The notes under the pieces were generated by a model, which had not been told where the DNA came from, searched no databases, and saw only the letters and a program-made list of their open reading frames with translations. The position numbers and the translations under genes are program-made. Below, piece after piece: positions 19,101 through 20,000 of a stretch of DNA of 20,000 bases (position 1 is its first letter; each line of letters begins with the position of its first letter). The stretch comes from an uncultured virus (IMG/VR IMGVR_UViG_3300023108_000017). Lineage: Duplodnaviria > Heunggongvirae > Uroviricota > Caudoviricetes. The stretch lies in the IMG/VR virus record IMGVR_UViG_3300023108_000017; one strand, written 5' to 3'.

Positions 19101-19999
19101 GCTACCTTAATTAAAGCGGAGGCTAAAGTTAAAGCACTTTGGGCCATGATTTGAAACGTTGGAGTTTCAGTAACGCCCCTTATAAGCTCTAAGAATTGTT
19201 CTTTGACTTTAGTAATTTGCACCGCTAAAGATTGTTGTGCCGTAGCAGCGTCTCGTGCTAAGGAACCACTTCCTCTTTGGGCAACATTTAGAGCTTCTTG
19301 GGCAACGCTAAACTGTTGTAATAAGGGAATGACTTTGCCAATTTGTCTAAAGCCACCAAGCTCTTCTGCGATTTGAACAAATGTTATATCACCTTGTTCT
19401 AGGCCGGATAGAGCAGAGCTTAAGCGTCGAACGGCCTCATAGGGACCAACAAACTTACCTTCCAAGTCTGTTAATTCTACTCCAAACTTTTTCATGAATT
19501 CAATTGTTCTTGGTCTTTGAATTCTAGTGAAAATAGTTCGCAAGCCAGTCGCAATACTTTCGGCAGATTCTCGCGTTGTAGATCTAACGCTAGTGAATAA
19601 TGCAATTAACTCATTAAGCTCCCCGCCAGCTGCTTGAAAAACGCCACCAGTTCTTCGGACAACTGAAATTAAATCTCCAGATTCAACTGCAAACTGTCCA
19701 GCAACAGCATTAATAGAACCTAATTGCTCCTCAAGAGCGGCAGCCCCTCGCCTGAACTGATTAAATATAGCAATTGCGCCTTCGGCGGTTTGACTAATAT
19801 TATCAAAAGTTGGGGCTAATTCAGTCTTGGCAAGAGTAGATAAAGCAATACTTGTTTCTGAAGCTGAAAGACCAGCCTGAGAAAGAATTCTACTAACACT
19901 AAGTAAAGAACTAGAAGATATTCCAAGATTAGTTGAAAGATCAGAAACTGTTTTTGATAAAAAAGATAACTGTTGAACTGTCTGGTTCGTGACCTGAGC
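13106..19999 (-). CDS. Phage tail tape measure protein (TP901/PhageMin_Tail-like N-terminal domain), 5'-truncated by the window edge, >2297 aa
   Basis: I translated 19544-19999 in the frame of the 2145-aa ORF and found no stop: AQVTNQTVQQLSFLSKTVSDLSTNLGISSSSLLSVSRILSQAGLSASETSIALSTLAKTELAPTFDNISQTAEGAIAIFNQFRRGAAALEEQLGSINAVAGQFAVESGDLISVVRRTGGVFQAAGGELNELIALFTSVRSTTRESAESIATGLRTIFTRIQ. The ESAESIATGLRTIFTRI...FGVELTDLEGKF...IAEELGG pattern is typical of TP901-family TMP cores. The rest is Ala/Gly-rich hydrophobic segments, long Gln/Lys/Glu/Ala helical regions, FATGG...GEFV modules and a C-terminal NININL strand plus helix. Confidence 0.93.
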   Translation of the reverse strand, partial: AQVTNQTVQQLSFLSKTVSDLSTNLGISSSSLLSVSRILSQAGLSASETSIALSTLAKTELAPTFDNISQTAEGAIAIFNQFRRGAAALEEQLGSINAVAGQFAVESGDLISVVRRTGGVFQAAGGELNELIALFTSVRSTTRESAESIATGLRTIFTRIQRPRTIEFMKKFGVELTDLEGKFVGPYEAVRRLSSALSGLEQGDITFVQIAEELGGFRQIGKVIPLLQQFSVAQEALNVAQRGSGSLARDAATAQQSLAVQITKVKEQFLELIRGVTETPTFQIMAQSALTLASALIKVAESLKPILPIISAIAAVKFAKGMSGFLGGLAGSLSGAKGFNAGGKVHAFATGGMVPGSGNRDTVPAMLTPGEFVMRKSSVQKIGAKNLKKMNKGGQADGSKSKDKQDILSDGFTIKPSPQTHFTHLDSGQTSNLPKGFRKVYTNMGLDLPANWNLDWASNRENQIGAMGSALESYIKNASNNIFETLTRKGKGSKVYGFKGRSGSQAFSLLNNPKNQSKIRSNLVAAISSSEQFDTDLDVNKVLPNALTTAVSKSLSKEDAEVLRGGLEEQSAYTKEGKSGRRRLSKTRRQQLVQARSLGGMIVQKFAGGSKGTGVAPARNRMGMTSAQVAAAEERKRLREKAKAGAGGTLQLKPGVVGGLFLQKGSGGQSGIDKSLQGVELPGFAEGSKRLKASIYTGQLRPEAGQAIRSELKPNITQAVQNAAASSMAALEISPLDIDEKSAAQKAVNKIDLTSIEGYIFEAFTSALTGLQLSDVGATFDYVNPSGRAKKRVGQLFSSGLSGERLLDAKRTLSTESVQSGKSSIANKIVAGIKGGLLGPQDFQKFATGGIVPGSGSGDTVPASLGVGDFVIRKSSVKSIGAGNLQKMAGYATGGSVSESVPALLTPGEFVFPKKKAQQIGYGKLNRMNKVGKYAKGGVVQRFAGGGKSGGGGGGGFLGFGGLTEGLVGVQVALSMLTPTVDENSGTFEKMTASILSSFGSLVSTITLTQTALATFGVQLNAKSVGKFLKSFGHAPKSIKEFFGSLKQAAGRGKGGLGNMIGGFQKDGTRTKGESFGENFDLNKRGSSARSARAKKLVEMRKRNPIAQGGFSKQSALQRKALRPVGGKGILAQLGKKLGASRGIVGRGAGMALRAGSSAAGALGGLGGGAVGAFGASLAAAAGPITAFVTAVKIAGAAISGFRDLENRLQDAIKAEDTATAQKLATASLVEQNWGGAIGGIAAVLDGLSSSGSLVTDTLASIGTAFGGTSAAAIKADVAARISSAKTAKALTEAQKASAEAMKDLENGTISASQALAQVRSFTQQAEENSKAQRAAISTAAAGKSTGALSYGREFMSYASFGYVDSARQRNEKIDAENEKRSQDSINQRRKAIGIQSQASMATARSILSTGGNIDEVKQKLGDAGPQKLRDEAIEVRQKAIKANKEGDTETAKLLEEEAKMLSDEAKALEKSLINLAKEVEKQQKYFAAMNLGLNSATGAAGAFSNAMSNYAAAQEAGNVSVMRSFATLQAGVTSAAAGMDPAVFQKAASEGAKALREFGATKEADKFEANLNAINRAQANAEAGLNSFRNQLKDRSDSGLGLKNDEQKFEGLFDTIVKGSGIGKEMEDQLRDMLGGMDIDYSKIAKGDFSQIEEVFKQLGDETLQQAKAIMEAEQLYQETIRDAAQKRAAAENDFISASRQRQGYQKESREIIASAGGPAFTAQQQREMVVDQYNTGNKFSSRANLGGATAKDIVAQQNALKQRQAEIQNVRLQAAQGDANAEAKLSGERGVSLSNEESQINQQNQELYNSTKQLIDIKRQEVKIIQEKNRLEKQSMESLLAGDIDSFFDAQASQGAIDALAGGGNVADFDADTLYSAFEELKRQAAAGVTEVNGQQLQGPGGLLERAAAATAEARGLDPAQAALVAQKAVGQTPAEQSANNEIQQLAATLPAFGDMAMNSSRVQMAAAEAQRQAAEIQKEAAVKRSQENADRTLPKPDPQQPPQQQPPARTSTPPPGSSPPPAPVPPVGSVSAPPPPSGSSSSAGSTPPAPPSSTADIAAAAAAAASQIPASVNANQAPPTQDPQTIGQAVAQAFSNNARDFASFATAGYVRPSQENESQGVGIRQLANLNPAMALGNMAASNLGLDTQALTSFTSNQLESVSNFGAAVKQFEYIVKAMNTTNGSNNTSANNNSPQALASNNNSAIGFDTSSMNQFTSALSKFNDTILQSISTLQQTKFTVKLEPTNININLTGTSFLQTLTGDLKSSLLKIVSEKIRNLKVDSAGRVIESNSNL
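13785..14011 (-). repeat. Pro/Ser/Gln-rich low-complexity tract followed by poly-Ala near the TMP C-terminus
   Basis: PKPDPQQPPQQQPPARTSTPPPGSSPPPAPVPPVGSVSAPPPPSGSSSSAGSTPPAPPSSTADIAAAAAAAASQIP; the DNA here is locally GC-rich. Confidence 0.9.
17159..17464 (-). repeat. TMP internal module, copies 2 and 3 in tandem: FATGGIVPGSGSGDTVPASLGVGDFVIRKSSVKSIGAGNLQKMAG / YATGGSVSESVPALLTPGEFVFPKKKAQQIGYGKLNRMNKVGKYAKGGVVQRFAGGG
   Basis: These align directly with copy 1 in the translation. Confidence 0.9.
17480..17760 (-). other. Putative PD-(D/E)xK (restriction endonuclease-like) domain inserted in the TMP
   Basis: EGYIFE (17731-17714), ATFDY (FDY at 17662-17654) and LLDAKRT (DAK at 17578-17570) occur in the order and approximate spacing of REase-fold motifs I-III. 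Confidence 0.55.
18818..18985 (-). repeat. TMP internal module, copy 1: FNAGGKVHAFATGGMVPGSGNRDTVPAMLTPGEFVMRKSSVQKIGAKNLKKMNKGG
   Basis: Protein repeat seen directly. Bases 18905-18958 match 17411-17464 at 45 of 54 nt (hand alignment). Confidence 0.9.
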
Positions 20000-20000
20000 A

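Noticed and set aside
19541..19543. TTG start assigned to the TMP
   Set aside because: The frame is open upstream to the window edge and the TP901-like domain continues through this position.
1..20000. CRISPR arrays, tRNA/rRNA, terminators, stop-codon recoding
   Set aside because: There is essentially no intergenic space and no regularly spaced DNA repeats. Multi-kb ORFs are intact in the standard code, and all three stops are used at gene ends.

Overview
This window is a gap-free, minus-strand tail-morphogenesis operon from a large tailed phage (or prophage), AT-rich and in the standard genetic code (TAA, TAG and TGA are all used as stops). In transcription order it holds: (1) a very long tape measure protein (TMP) with a TP901/PhageMin_Tail-like domain. 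Its frame stays open to the window edge, so it is >2297 aa and the ORF-track start at 19543 is false. (2) A 1339-aa beta-rich protein with a LamG/ConA-like domain. (3) A 2495-aa protein with seven FG-GAP/integrin-alpha-type blades. (4) A 512-aa protein that looks like four tandem tail-tube/Dit-like units. (5) The start of a further gene at position 53. Two signals stand out. First, the TMP carries internal copies of a [FY]AxGG...GEFV...IG..NL..MN module, and these bracket two globular inserts: one with a PD-(D/E)xK nuclease signature and one weakly HNH-like. This suggests a TMP that injects swappable effector cargo. Second, the 2495-aa protein looks like a nested integrin-alpha analogue: a split 7-blade propeller with a DxSxS-bearing vWA-like domain in blade 2 and a ~1000-aa insert with two GIFT/GldG-like domains. 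All domain calls are by-eye motif recognition and have not been confirmed by any search.
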